Source: Podarcis vaucheri
Lineage: Eukaryota
Assembly: GCA_965113315.1 (NCBI GenBank)
Contig: OZ220368.1
Length of the DNA: 64,000 nucleotides
Direction: 5' to 3' (one strand)
The position numbers and the translations under genes were made by a program. The notes beneath the pieces are model-generated. The model ran no database searches and had not been told where the DNA came from. It worked only from the letters and a program-made list of their open reading frames with translations. Positions 26,062-38,444 of the stretch are shown here, in pieces. Position 1 is the stretch's first letter. The number at the start of each line of letters is the position of its first letter.

Positions 26062-26254
26062 CTGTTAATGCTTCCTTGCGCACTTTGAACATGTCAATGA
26101 TGGGTGTGGTGATGCCAGCCATGGTCCCAATCATGCTCCCCAAACCCAGGTTTATCAGCATCAAGAAGAACATCACTGACCAGAAAGGAGAAGCTGGAAA
26201 GTGGGTCATTGCTTCTGTGAAAGCTATGAATGCAAGGCCAGTTCCCTGCACTGA
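26062..26254 (-). CDS. SLC6A17: SLC6A17 exon 9 (193 nt)
   Basis: TACAG|TCA acceptor, G|GTAAGT donor; [33 protein letters not shown]. Confidence 0.95.
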
Positions 26255-27215
26255 CTGTACACAGCCAAAAGAAGATGCTTGCGTTACTCTGGGCAGAAGA
26301 TTACATCATAAAAGCAGGTGTGCATGTATTCATGTAAATAGATTTCTATCTGTAAAATCATAGGCTCGCAGAACCAAACAGCCAAACCATTGTGGGTATA
26401 AGGAAAATGATGCATAACGCATACAAATGATTGAACAAGCATCTGTTTCACTACATATATACATGTTCTGAGAAGTCATGGAAAGGTGTGACTTTTCAAT
26501 GCATGTATCCCACAGAAATTACATGACGTATTCATTTCTCAGTTTCACCTCCCTCAGTAATCTCAGGAAGACAGGAGTCTTTCTTAAACCAAGTCAGACC
26601 AATGGTCCGTCTAGCTCAGCATCAGATGCTCTTGAGGTTTTCAGACAAGGGACACTCCCACCCCCACCTGGAGATGCTGGGGAATAAACCTGGGAACTTC
26701 AGCATACGAAACATAGGCTCTACTATTCACAGCACCCAGACACATCTGTTCCATAACACTGTTATAGTCGGCCACCTCTCACAAGCTCAATTCTTGCAAT
26801 GATTTTGACATACTTCAGTTCCTTATTCCTTATGTCAGTGAAGTCTTCATCAGCACATGGTAAGAACTGCAACCAAGAGTGATCTTAAACAGAAATCACA
26901 AGCTTTCTGCCTTAGCCTTCTCTCTAATATGCTAATTTTCTATACAGAAGGTGTTAATTTTCTATATGCAATGAGAGGTGGTTGTTTTTAACAAGAAAAT
27001 GGGGTGCATATGAGCATGAGACCCCCCACTTGCACCATGCAGAAGTGGTACAATCCCAAGAGAGCTCTATCATGTGCACTTCCCAAGCAAGTTGGCTCGC
27101 TCTGAGACTTCAATGATGTACAAGAGCGGAACCAGCATCTAGGGTCGAAAATGACCATGAAAAGCAAGCCCAGCTATAAATATACCGTGAAAAGCAAGTC
27201 TGGCTATAAACATAC

Positions 27216-27408
27216 CTTGTTAAGCTCATCTTCCAGTAGACAAGGATCCAGGCCCAGCTTATCGAAATGATCCTTCTTCACTGTCTTTATCACACCATAC
27301 ATCTCGGTGTAGTCTTTGGCCGTGAGATGGGAGAAGTTCACTTGGGGTGGGATGAGTGCATGGCTGAGGACATTGGTATTCAGATAACCCAGAATCTTCT
27401 CAGCGTTC
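27216..27408 (-). CDS. SLC6A17: SLC6A17 exon 8 (193 nt)
   Basis: CCATAG|G acceptor, AAG|GTATGT donor; NAEKILGYLNTNVLSHALIPPQVNFSHL...LDPCLLEDELNK read directly from the DNA; phases 2/0 fit neighbours. Confidence 0.93.
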
Positions 27409-27524
27409 CTATGGAGGAGAAGCTAAAGGTCATTATAGAGCCATTGCCTGGCCTTGTTCACCTTGTTCTGGGGGAAGGGCATCTTCTTCCAGCAAAACAG
27501 GCAAAATGAACCCCAGCAGTTGAT

Positions 27525-27730
27525 GGGAGCCAGTGTGGTGCAGTGGTTAGTTAAGAATGTCAGACAAGGGGGACCAAGGTTCTGGTTCCCGCTCAGCCAT
27601 GAAGTTCACTGGGTGAGTCAGTCACAGTCTCTGAACCTAACCTACCTACAAGGTTGTCGTGAGGATAAAATGGAGGCGAGAAAATTGTGAAGGAATGAGC
27701 TGAATGCATACTGAATAATAATGAATGAAG
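27525..27730 (+). mobile_element. Old MIR/Ther1-like (Squam3A-like) SINE
   Basis: GGGAGCCAGTGTGGTGCAGTGGTTAG head and CCTAACCTACCT..AGGTTGT.GTGAGGATAAAATGG core. Confidence 0.6.
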
Positions 27731-28029
27731 TGGCAGGATTTAGTCCAATTACTTCACAGCACATTCTGCAAAAAATAAGGTGAAAAGCTGTTTTCCTGGT
27801 TCCAGAGAGCACTCTAGGTTGCCACCTGGCCAGAAGGAAACTACAGTTTCTGGCTATCAAAGCTTCAGGCCAGAACAGAATTGCACCCGCTGCACTGGAT
27901 GCTTTTTTAAAGTAACTATAAGGTACCCTGAAAAATAGATAGTTGCTGTTGTTGTGCCCTCCAGAGAAGCCTTTAGGGGAGAGAGAAAGGGAGAGGCAGG
28001 GAGAGAGAGAGACTGGAATGAGTACTTAC

Positions 28030-28271
28030 TCAACCACACACTTTTCATTCATGACATTGGCTTTGAAGCCCAGCACAGCAAAGACTACCAGTGTGGCCAA
28101 AATGGAGGTGAAGAAGTTGATGAAGGAGACCAAGGCTGCATCGAAGTGGCAGTTATTGTCCTGCTTGTTGTAACTGGAAAAAGCAATAACTCCGCCAAAG
28201 CCCAGTCCGAGGGCAAAGAAGACCTGAGTGGCTGCTTCCCGCCACACCTGGATATCCAACATTTTATCTAG
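28030..28271 (-). CDS. SLC6A17: SLC6A17 exon 7 (242 nt)
   Basis: TTACAG|CTA acceptor, GA|GTAAGT donor; [27 protein letters not shown] (SLC6 TM6). Confidence 0.96.
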
Positions 28272-29689
28272 CTGTAAGGAGAGATGAGAAGGAAGCCAAG
28301 TCATCCATCCTGCATCAGAGATGCTCAGCTTGGTCCACATAAGGCACATTTATATTTAAATGTATAACATTGGCAGCTGAGAACAACACATCATTGCCTG
28401 GGTATCTGTTCTTTGTGCATATGCTAGAGAGAGCTCTCTATCTTTCTCCTCTGTTGACTCAATTATTGATGCCTAAGGGCACAATAGAAAGGGAATCAGG
28501 TCCCATGGAAATAAATGGATCTCAGATGCAGAACTGTGAATGCCTTATTCATCATTGCATTTTAGAATTTTACTGCCTGTGCACTTTGTGGGCTTACCCA
28601 GTTAGGCATGGAATATCATGCCCTGAAAAAATGTCACAATCCTTTAAAAGAGAAAAACAAAACAAAAACAAAAAACACTAGCCCTTATGATTCCTATGGA
28701 AGAAAGCTTGAAAACACAGGTAGTGTCCAAATGACAGTTGAGAGAAAACAAACTCAGTGTTTCAAAATGAACCCTGCCAGTTACAATTAGCCCCCATCCC
28801 TTTATCAAGAAAAGCTTGATTAACCTTATTGATTAAGGATTGCTGCTTACAGAATGCACTTAATAGACTGCACAGGATAGTCACACTTATGCTAGCAAGC
28901 TATGCAAGTGCTCTCTGCAAACTAATGTACTAGCAAACTATTAAGCACTTTACTCCCTTTCAGTCCACCATGGTTTGTGGCATGGCAAGTGAGCCCTACC
29001 AAATTAGAATCATATAGTCATCTAGTCCAAACCCCTGCAATGCAGGAATCTCAACTAAAGCATCCATTGCATGCTGCTCGTGTGTAGTGTGATACCGGTG
29101 GGACCTTCTGCTGCCATGAAGCTGGACAAACCTGATGGAGATGCCATTTACAGTTTGGGCCTGCGCAGTATTGCAAATGGAAGATGTGTGGTTGCTAATC
29201 ATTCTACCTACAATGAGAACTTGGACACTGGGGCTTGTATTTTAGAATCTCTTATTCAAAATTAATCAGGATTAATGCCAGCTTCATAATTTCAATCACC
29301 TACATCTTTGTTTAATGAATTAATTAAACAGCTAATGAGTCAATCCATTTTGCAGCTGTCCTTTGGCAAACCTAGTTAATTTGGTACAATTCTGATCATA
29401 AGCAGGAAGAATAATGAAACAGACCTGGACAGGCACGCCCAAAGCAATTAATCATCAGCATTTCAGTTTCAGAGAGAGTAGCACCATTGACTAAAAAAGC
29501 AACACCTATACCTAAGTAAAATTTGCTCTGCTCTGGTGCCATCCAGGCAGCGCCACAGAGGCATCAGTTTAACATAGGACATGGATTGTGATGATCACCA
29601 GAGACATAGGATTCTTGCTAGCTATAGTTCCCAGTAAGAGACATTTCTCTGACTGGTCTAAAGGCACATGGTGAGTGTGGTGGGCTTAC

Positions 29690-29800
29690 CTTGGGAGTGA
29701 GCATGTGCAGAATCCCATCTATCGCCCCCCTCAAGAGCAATCCCCGGACCAGGAAACAGATCAGTACCACGTAAGGAAAAAGGGAGCTGAAATACATCAC
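29690..29800 (-). CDS. SLC6A17: SLC6A17 exon 6 (111 nt)
   Basis: CTCAG|GTG acceptor, AAG|GTAAGC donor; VMYFSSLFPYVVLICFLVRGLLLRGA. Confidence 0.95.
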
Positions 29801-29975
29801 CTGAGTGGGAGAGGGAGAGAAAGCGGGAGATCCTACTTTATATATAATCCAGCAGTAGACTGTATATAAAGAAAGTCTTAAGGATGAACAATAAGCCCAA
29901 ATCTACCCTACTGGAAACTTCTGTCAGTATTTTTCTTTCTACAAAGCATTTTGGGAACTGTAGTTTGGTGAGATA

Positions 29976-30329
29976 CCATATTGGCCTGAATATAAACTGC
30001 ACTTTTTGCCCAAATTCCAACTGTGAAAAGTTAAAGTGTGACTTATATTCGCGACCATACGGTATGCAGCTAGGAGTGCGGGGCAAACAGCGCCAGGAGC
30101 ACGGTGAAGTGGCGCCTGCCCCATGCGTAGTTCCCCATCCTCTCCCCCAAGGCCAGGAAGGGAGAGAGCAAGGAAGGGGAAAGGCGGCTGGCAACACAGC
30201 AGGGCTCCCCCCCCCCCAGTATGCAGCAAGGAGCTGCGAGGAAGGGAGCGGCTTATATTTGGGTATCCCCCCCCCAATTTTAAAGGAGTGGCTTATATTT
30301 GGGTGCGGCTTATATTCAGGCCAATGCGG
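29976..30329. mobile_element. Tc1/mariner-superfamily MITE with TA TSD
   Basis: TIRs CCATATTGGCCTGAATATAAACTGCAC / GTGCGGCTTATATTCAGGCCAATGCGG, flanked by TA on both sides. Confidence 0.75.
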
Positions 30330-30785
30330 TACTTTGATGAATTCACTGTTCAAGATCCCGAGCCCTCTCCCCAAACAGAACTACAATTCCTGTGGTTCTT
30401 CATGGGGAAATAAGTGACTGCTAACCGGTTTGATGTGGATATGCCCTAAGATAGGTAAACTGAGCAGCTGTATCCCAAAAGAGAGGAAGCTGTGCCTGTG
30501 ATTGCTATCGGGTACTGCTGACTTCATTCATTCAACTATGGGCTCTTTCACATGTTATTCTTACTTTCAGGTGGCTGCTCTGAGGCACAAGCCAAGCAAA
30601 ATGGAGCAAGCACTCTTGGACCAGGTGGTTGGGAAAGTGTTCACCCCTTCCTTTTTCCTAGCTTCTTATTCCATTGTGGTTACCTGGGCCCCATGAACCA
30701 TTCAGGATGTGTGGAAGCTGCTGAACGCTTTGTCCTGGCTACAAGATTGCGTCCCAAACATTATTGTCTTCTGTAACCTGTAGGT

Positions 30786-30906
30786 CTGGGATGGGGAAGC
30801 TGTGGCCCTCCAGACGTTGTCAGCCCCAGCCAACATGGCCAATGGGAAGGGATGATGAGAGTTGTAGTCCAGCACCATCTGGAGAGCCACAGGTTTCCCA
30901 TCCCTG
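30786..30906. mobile_element. hAT-like MITE with imperfect TIRs
   Basis: CTGGGATGGGGAAGCTGTGGCCCTCCAGA ... TCTGGAGAGCCACAGGTTTCCCATCCCTG; no clear TSD. Confidence 0.6.
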
Positions 30907-30990
30907 GATCCACCACTTTATAAGTGGGTCCACCTGTTGTAGGTTCTGGCAATCTCTGTTCTGCTTTGGGCTGCCACCATCAACACTTAC

Positions 30991-31172
30991 CTTTCCTGAA
31001 GACTGAATTCCTTTGATCATGGCCAAGCCTACAATGGTCCAAGCTGCCAGGAGGCATAAAGTCATTCTCCAGTTAAGCCCACCACTCTCATTAATGGAGT
31101 TGGAGATGTCCAGGGCATCCCGGTACCAGAAGTAAGTAGTAGCAGAGCTTTTGTCGCATTCTGGTTCCACGG
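30991..31172 (-). CDS. SLC6A17: SLC6A17 exon 5 (182 nt)
   Basis: TTTTCAG|CC acceptor, AAG|GTAAGT donor; [20 protein letters not shown]...KGIQSSGK. Confidence 0.95.
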
Positions 31173-31896
31173 CTGAAAAGGGACAAAAGCTATGGAGTTG
31201 TGTTTTTTTACATGCTTTGACTTCTCATTTAGACACACCTGTGCCACAGCAAAGCAAGGCAGCATTTAAAGGCTATGTAGGAGAGACAAGCAGTCATAGG
31301 GCACTTCAGGAAGGATGCCGAAATTCACTTTAGGAGAAAGGAATAAGAATCCAAGATCTTGCCACTGAAACTAAAAGTTAAATAAATGGGGCAATTTACA
31401 CCCACTATAAAAGATTTATATATATTCTGGGAGATGTTCACATTCTATTAAATGCTCCATTAACCTCCAGAGTGTCTCTATAGCACTCTTTGGAAAGTAT
31501 CCATTTCCTACCAACCAATGCCCAAACGCAATTCCCACACCCTATCAGCTGGAAACAAACCTGAACTATTGTTAAGTTGTTGACTGGAAGCTACTCTCAA
31601 CACCCCTAGAAAAAGTAATGTTGAATTACCTTACTATAATAACTACAGTGCACAGGGCAAGCGAAGACTTATTTCTCCTTGAGACCCACAATGATGGAAA
31701 AGGATAAATGAATGCATCCACCCATCTGCGCTGTGTGGTATCAGCCAACACTGATTACTACTGCAACAACTATCACATTTGAATTATAAGATTCTGGAAG
31801 ATTATAAGTCACAGAGCTGAACGCTATTTATCACCTAAAGAAGTGTGCCTCATTTCCCTTCTACCACATGCAAAGCAGGAAAGAGAAAGGACTCAC

Positions 31897-32023
31897 TTGC
31901 CACTGTGCCATTCCTTATGACGGGGCACTCACTCCAAGGCAGCGGGTACTGGAAGGATTTAAAAAAGTAAAAGATGCTCCATCCTATGATCACATTGTAG
32001 TAGAGCCCAACAAACAAGCAGAC
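31897..32023 (-). CDS. SLC6A17: SLC6A17 exon 4 (127 nt)
   Basis: GCCAG|GTC acceptor, A|GTGAGT donor; [33 protein letters not shown]. Confidence 0.95.
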
Positions 32024-32145
32024 CTGGCAACAGAAGAATGAAAATGTTTGGATCCTGGACAGCAAAACATATTTCCAAACAAAGTGATACTAAAATGAAT
32101 GGTGGAGAATGGAACATTGAAATGCACTGGGTTATATCCAATGCT

Positions 32146-33370
32146 CAAGCAGTATGTGGACCGAGAACTCCCAGAAGTGCAACTGGATTTAGAAGAGGCA
32201 GAGGAACCAGAGACCAAATTGCAAACATGCGCTGGATTATGGAGAAAGCCAGAGAGTTCCAGAAAGACATCTACTTCTGCTTCATTGACTATGCAAAAGC
32301 CTTTGACTGTGTTGACCACAGCAAACTATGGCAAGTTCTTAAAGAAATGGGAGTGCCTGATCACCTCATCTGTCTCCTGCGAAATCTCTATGTGGGACAA
32401 GAAGCTACAGTTAGAACTGGATATGGAACAACTGATTGGTTCAAAATTGGGAAAGGAGTACGGCAAGGCTGTATATTGTCTCCTTGCTTATTTAACTTAT
32501 ATGCAGAATTCATCATGCGAAAGGCTGGGCTGGATGAATCCCAAGCCGGAATTAAGATTGCCGGAAGAAATATCAACAACCTCAGATATGCAGATGACAC
32601 AACCTTGATGGCAGAAAGTGAAGAGGAATTAAATAACCTTTTAATGAGGGTGAAAGAGGAGAGCGCAAAATATGGTCTGAAGCTCAACATCAAAAAAACG
32701 AAGATCATGGCCACTGGGCCCATCACCTCCTGGCAAATAGATGGGGAAGAAATGGAGGCAGTGAGAGATTTTACTTTCTTGGGCTCCATGATCAATGCAG
32801 ATGGTGACAGCAGTCACGAAATTAAAAGACGCCTGCTCCTTGGGAGAAAGGCGATGGCAAACCTAGACAACATCTTAAAAAGCAGAGACATCACCTTGCC
32901 AACAAAGGTCCGTATAGTAAAAGCCATGGTTTTCCCAGTAGTGATGTATGGAAGTGAGAGCTGGACCATAAAGAAGGCTGATCGCCGAAGAATTGATGCT
33001 TTTGAATTATGGTGCTGGAGGAGACTCTTGAGAGTCCCATGGACTGCAAGAAGATCAAACCTCTCCATTCTGAAGGAAATCAGCCCTGAGTGCTCACTGG
33101 AAGGACAGATCGTGAAGCTGAGGCTCCAATACTTTGGCCACCTCATGAGAAGAGAGGACTCCCTGGAAAAGACCCTGATGTTGGGAAAGATGGAGGGCAC
33201 AAGGAGAAGGGGACGACAGAGAATGAGATGGTTGGATGGTGTTCTTGAAGCTACTAGCATGAGTTTGATCAAACTGCGGGAGGCAGTGGAGGACAGAAGT
33301 GCCTGGCGTGCTCTGGTCCATGGGGTCACGAAGAGTCGGACACGACTAAACGACTAAACAACAACAACAA
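32146..33370 (+). mobile_element. 5'-truncated RTE-BovB LINE (partial RT + C-terminus), antisense in SLC6A17 intron 3
   Basis: RT motifs FIDYAKAFD, GVRQGCILSP, LRYADD; BovB-type end GVTKSRTRLND with (CAA)n tail; 12-bp TSD ATATCCAATGCT at 32134-32145 and 33371-33382. Confidence 0.95.
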
Positions 33371-34083
33371 ATATCCAATGCTATGCAATGGGACTTCTCT
33401 TTCCTCTCGTCTCCCCATGCATTCTCAAAATCTGCTCTGTCCTGTGATGTGGGCATGTCCAGTGATTATTTCCCTCAAAATTGCCAGATATCAAGGAAGC
33501 AGTGTTGCTCTTGCACAGGCAATCCAGGGCTTTGGTTGTCATCACAGCAGTTTATATAAGATGCTGAATGGCACAATGGTGCTTAGGGGGCATGAGTGAG
33601 TTGTGGAGCTAAGCTTGAGTTCCAGTATCAATCCCAGAGGGGAAATGGTCCTTTTTGCTAGCACCCACCTGCCCATCACTTGACCCTCTGCAGAGTGAAT
33701 CATCAGGACTAAACTACAAAGAGGTTTGTTTGACAGGTGTGAACAGTGGATCAGTTAGGGCACATTCTTGAAGGGCACATCCTAGTTCAGATATATATAG
33801 GATCATGTGGGGAAATCAAAGGAAATCAGAACTTGATGGTAAATGTCTGATCCTGTTCCATAGTTGGGGGAAAGAACTGTTCAAGGCATCAGTCTTGAGC
33901 TTCTAACCAACCACCTTCACAGGCTGGTATCTTCTAATTATATTCTGCAATAACTAAGCCCTCTTTACATTGGGAAATGGGTCTGTTATGCACATGTCTG
34001 CTAGACAGCACATGTGGAAGACCACTTGTCTATCATCCACACAACTGTCCCAAAGCCACCACAAGCCTTCTGCAAGCACTTAC

Positions 34084-34241
34084 AAGGCAGCTGGCAAATC
34101 CAATGCCCCCCAACCGAGGGCAGACGTAATTCCACACTCCTATACTGCCCCGGCGGATCCTCTGGCCAACAGCCAACTCCAGAAAGAAGAGAGGGATGCC
34201 GATGAGGATGAGCAATACGAGATATGGAACCAGATAGGCAC
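34084..34241 (-). CDS. SLC6A17: SLC6A17 exon 3 (158 nt)
   Basis: GCCAG|GT acceptor, CTT|GTAAGT donor; [36 protein letters not shown]. Confidence 0.96.
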
Positions 34242-35079
34242 CTGGCAGGAAAGAAAAAAGTCATTAGAGATGCCCGTCTTTGATCACACAGGTCCCAGCA
34301 TGAGAAGGTGACCATGACTGCTCCTAGGAGACAACCACTTCTTACTTGTATGGCCCATCCAACTCTCATCAGCTCCAGTTAGCATTTGTCTCTAAACATT
34401 ATTTGAAGCAAGTCTCTTAATTTAAAATGGTGCCGTGACAATAGAGGGAGAGGTTAATACAACTACAGCACACAGGATCACTTTAACACTCCATATCTAA
34501 ATGTATATACAGTGTGGTTATTTTCTGCCTTCACAATGGCTGTTCCAGTGCCAGCTATGCAATTAAAGAGAACAATTCCTGGAAGGGCTGGATGAAAATG
34601 CTTCATAAAGGACTCCACTTAAATAGCAGGGCCATATATCTCTGGCTAGTTGAAGAGAGTACGAAACAAATGGGCAGTCTGAGAAATATAAACAGTTGGC
34701 CAGAGAGGCCAAAAACTCTCATGCTGGAAAACAGAGCTGTTGACCAAAAACTCAAATAAAAAGGAAAAATCAATATTCCTGGCACGTTCATAATTCTAAT
34801 AAGACAGGAAAGCTGTGTAGGCAGGATTTTGATCCTGCTTCATATTCAGGGTAGTCAGATAAGCAGGCTGGAAATGATTAAGTGCACCCAGCACAACATC
34901 ACCGAGTTAATTCTTGACACAACTCACAGCTTCTCAAAAAGATATAAAAATCCTTCACACAACTGGGTCAGCTCCTGACAAGAATCCACTGGAAGACTCT
35001 GATCAAAGCAAATGACAACAAGATTTCTTTTTTCCCCTTTAGGAAAAGGTCTTAGCTACAATTAATTTTATTATTATTT

Positions 35080-35080
35080 C

Positions 35081-35125
<45 letters not shown>
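35080..35125. repeat. (TTA)n microsatellite
   Basis: Direct reading. Confidence 0.9.
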
Positions 35126-37606
35126 CATCATATCTCACCTTTCCTCCCGAAGCATTTCAGGGCTCTGAAAGCAACCACTATTAGCACAAGCCACCGTAAA
35201 CTCAAACTCAGTACTCTGCATAAAACTCCTCCACGACACTATTTAAAATAATTTCCAGCAGGGCTCATAATAAATATGAAAAAGACCTCAAAACAGAATA
35301 AAGAAAACCAACCATTTCACAGCATACCAAGAAACAGAAACTGTGGAGACCAAGAGCAAACAGGTACGGGTGGTTTTTTTTTTAGCAGAAAACCACTGCA
35401 GGGCCTTGATCTGGATGAGGAGTACATTCTGGATCAGGTCCCCTTTTATTTTAAAGAAAAAGCAGCCAGACTGAAGACTCTTATTTAAACATGTAACTTC
35501 ACATCTCATGTAATTTAGACAGCAGCAGAAGTGAGTGATTGGCATCGTCTCCTTGGTGCTTTCTGTTAGAGGGCAGAGCCCTTTCTCTACCCTGCTGCCT
35601 TCAGGCATTAAGACGAACACTACTCCATTGCTAGTACCGCCAGTCCAGTCAGCTTCTCTCTGGGAAATGGCATGGTGCCATCTTGCCCTTTGCCTAAGGC
35701 AGCAAAATATATTGGGCCAGTCCTGGTCAGAGACAGCATAGCTGCTCTCCAACCAAGTTAGGTCAGAGGAACCAGTAAGGGCCTGGCTGGTTCTATGTAA
35801 CTGTTGACAGGTTTGGTTCTTGACCCTGAACAAGTTGCCTCCCTGAGCAGCCTCACCAGTTCCCTTGCCTCAAACTTCTTTTCTGCCTAGTCTGGGGCCT
35901 CTTGACCCAGTCATCTGCTTCTAGTCCTTGTCTACCTCCTTCCCTGGAACCTGGAACTGCCTTGTCTTTGATTACGTCATTGCCTCTGACTCTGGTGACC
36001 CCAATAGGCAATGGCTTTCAAAATTCCATATACACTAGCAAAGCAATGCACTCCAGTTCCAAAGACAGACAAGTCAGCTGAGAAACTCAGGTGCTTCCTA
36101 CACATTTAGGGCACACAGTAGCCATCAGTACACATAATGGGAAAACCAGGTTTTGTAACAAGATTATATGTACAATTAGAGGGTTCCCGTTTGCAACCCT
36201 AACCTGGGTGTTCAGCTTTCAACCCATGCAGCACCATCCTGTAAGTTCTTGAGCACACAATGTTCCAAAGAATTGGCCCAATACCACCCTTTTCCTAATG
36301 AAAATCTGTTCTCTCTGCTAGACATATGCACACTTCATTACTGAGAAGAAAACAACACACAAATTACTACTTTCACATACAGCAGTATTTTTTAGCAGAA
36401 AAAGCTTGCTGAACCAAGAAGCGATACAGACTTTATCAACCAAGGAATTGCATTTATCACAAAAGCATCTATCTATCAATAATCCATTCCTGTCGCATTA
36501 CACCCAACTGATACTCAGCCAGCACTTTGCTTCATCCATGGATAATCCAGGAAGCATAAGCTTAATAGCAAGCAGGTAAGCCTTCAAGGTGCAACAACCA
36601 TTCATTTAATGTTCTATTGACCACATTGAAGACTCAGCACTTGATAGGAGGGAAAACACCAGTGGTCACCTCTATCTGTGCAGCCAACCAAAGGGCAATG
36701 TGCCTTACACAGTCATCCTTTGCAATTATGCCTTTAATCTGCTTTTCCTGCAACTCGGTGGTTAAAAAAAAGAAAAAGATTAATGGAATATTATCATCCT
36801 ATGTCACAGAGAGCAAGAATCACACCATGGAAAGCAAATTTGTTAGGAAATAGAGCACAACCTGTAAATCTGAAATAAATTAACAGTGCATAATCAGCTC
36901 AACTAGGGCAAATTCAAACAGATAGAAGAGTTGGCTGAGTTCAACTTTGTGAAAATCATTACCAAGCTATAGAGGAATGCCTTTTGTAGCAAGGGCTTGT
37001 TTATATATTTCACATATTTTGAGATAATAATGGTTCAGTGTGGTTCAGGCATGGATTTGCAGTGCACAATCAAGGAAAATACATGGCTGTTATAAAAAAA
37101 GACACAGTCCAAGAATAATGGCAGCCTTTCACCATCACAAATTGTTACCTGAACTCAAGATGACCAGGTAAATAATACTTGCACACTATCAAGCAGGAAA
37201 GGAGACTTACTCGCTGAGCGTGGTGGAGGAATAGTCTTGGTTTGTATAGAATAGATACTTAGAACGTGTCATAAGATTCAGGATAACTGTTCTTCATTTA
37301 ACTCTTTAATGAGCAGCCTGATCATGCAGACTAGTGACTACAACAATCCATTGAAGGGAAAGCTATAGCTTAATGGTTGAGCACATGATTTACCCAGAAT
37401 TTCCAGGAAGAGCCAGGAAAGGATCCTGTCTGAAATCTAGAGGGTTACTACCAGTCAGCATGGTCAGTACCATGTATTGTCTGCCTCAGTTTGAGATAAC
37501 ATCCTATGGCCTTCAAGCCTATGCTCCCTTCCTCTTGTATTATTATATTAGGAAAGCAGAACATGTGTCCATAACAGATGACTTTTATACTACCTTGCTC
37601 ACTTAC

Positions 37607-37886
37607 CTCCGCCATTCTTTTGACACAAATATGGAAAGCGCCAGACATTCCCCAGCCCCACGGAGTAGCCAATCTGAGCCAAAATGTACTGCAGTTTATT
37701 GTTCCACGCTGGCCGATCCTCACCAGTGTCATCCACATCCTGCTGCTTGTTCCAATTTTCTCCAGCCACATTTAAGACACTCTGTCTATAGTCCACAGGC
37801 TCCTCAAGGGCCAGCAGATCAGCCACTGATTCAGTGACATGCTCAGTACTTTGTTCCTTCTGGGTCACCTTGCTGTGCTTAGGCAT
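37607..37886 (-). CDS. SLC6A17: SLC6A17 first coding part of exon 2 (exon spans 37607-38022)
   Basis: [30 protein letters not shown]...[19 protein letters not shown] (SLC6A15/17-type N-terminus plus NSS signature); donor G|GTAAGT; acceptor TTTTCAG| at 38023. Confidence 0.96.
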
Positions 37887-38153
37887 CGAAACTGTCTGGC
37901 TCAGCCACTCCTATGTAGGAAGGGATTTTGGGGGCAGAGGGGAGCCCAAGATGGAGTGGGTATCTGCTAGGGCAGGTGCAGGTTTTGAAGGTCAGCTCTC
38001 AGATCCTGGTCATCTACGAGATCTGAAAAACAAAAAACAAATGAATTAAAACATTACACTTCTCTACTTTCTTCGGTGTTCTTGAGTATCCAGAGCCATG
38101 TGATTCATCAATATGCAAATTCAGAAAGGCATCTGCCTGAGAATTCAGTTTTC

Positions 38154-38444
38154 GAGAGCCAGTGTGGTGTAGTGGTTAAGAGCGGTAGTCACGTAATCTG
38201 GGAAACCGGGTTCGTGTCTCCGCTCCTCCACATGCAGCTGCTGGGTGACCTTGGGCCAGTCACACTTCTGTGAAGTCTCTCAGCCCCACTCACCTCACAG
38301 AGTGTTTGTTGTGGGGGAGGAAGGGAAAGGAGAATGTTAGCCGCTTTGAGACTCCTGAAGGGGAGTGAAAGGCGGGATATCAAATCCAAACTCTTCTTCT
38401 TCTTCTTCTTCTTCTTCTTCTTCTTCTTCTTCTTCTTCTTCTTC
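38154..38444 (+). mobile_element. Full-length Squam3B-like SINE with (CTT)n tail
   Basis: GAGAGCCAGTGTGGTGTAGTGGTTAAGAGCGG head, MIR-like core GGGTGACCTTGGGCCAGTCAC, 3' GATATCAAATCCAAACT(CTT)n. Confidence 0.85.
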
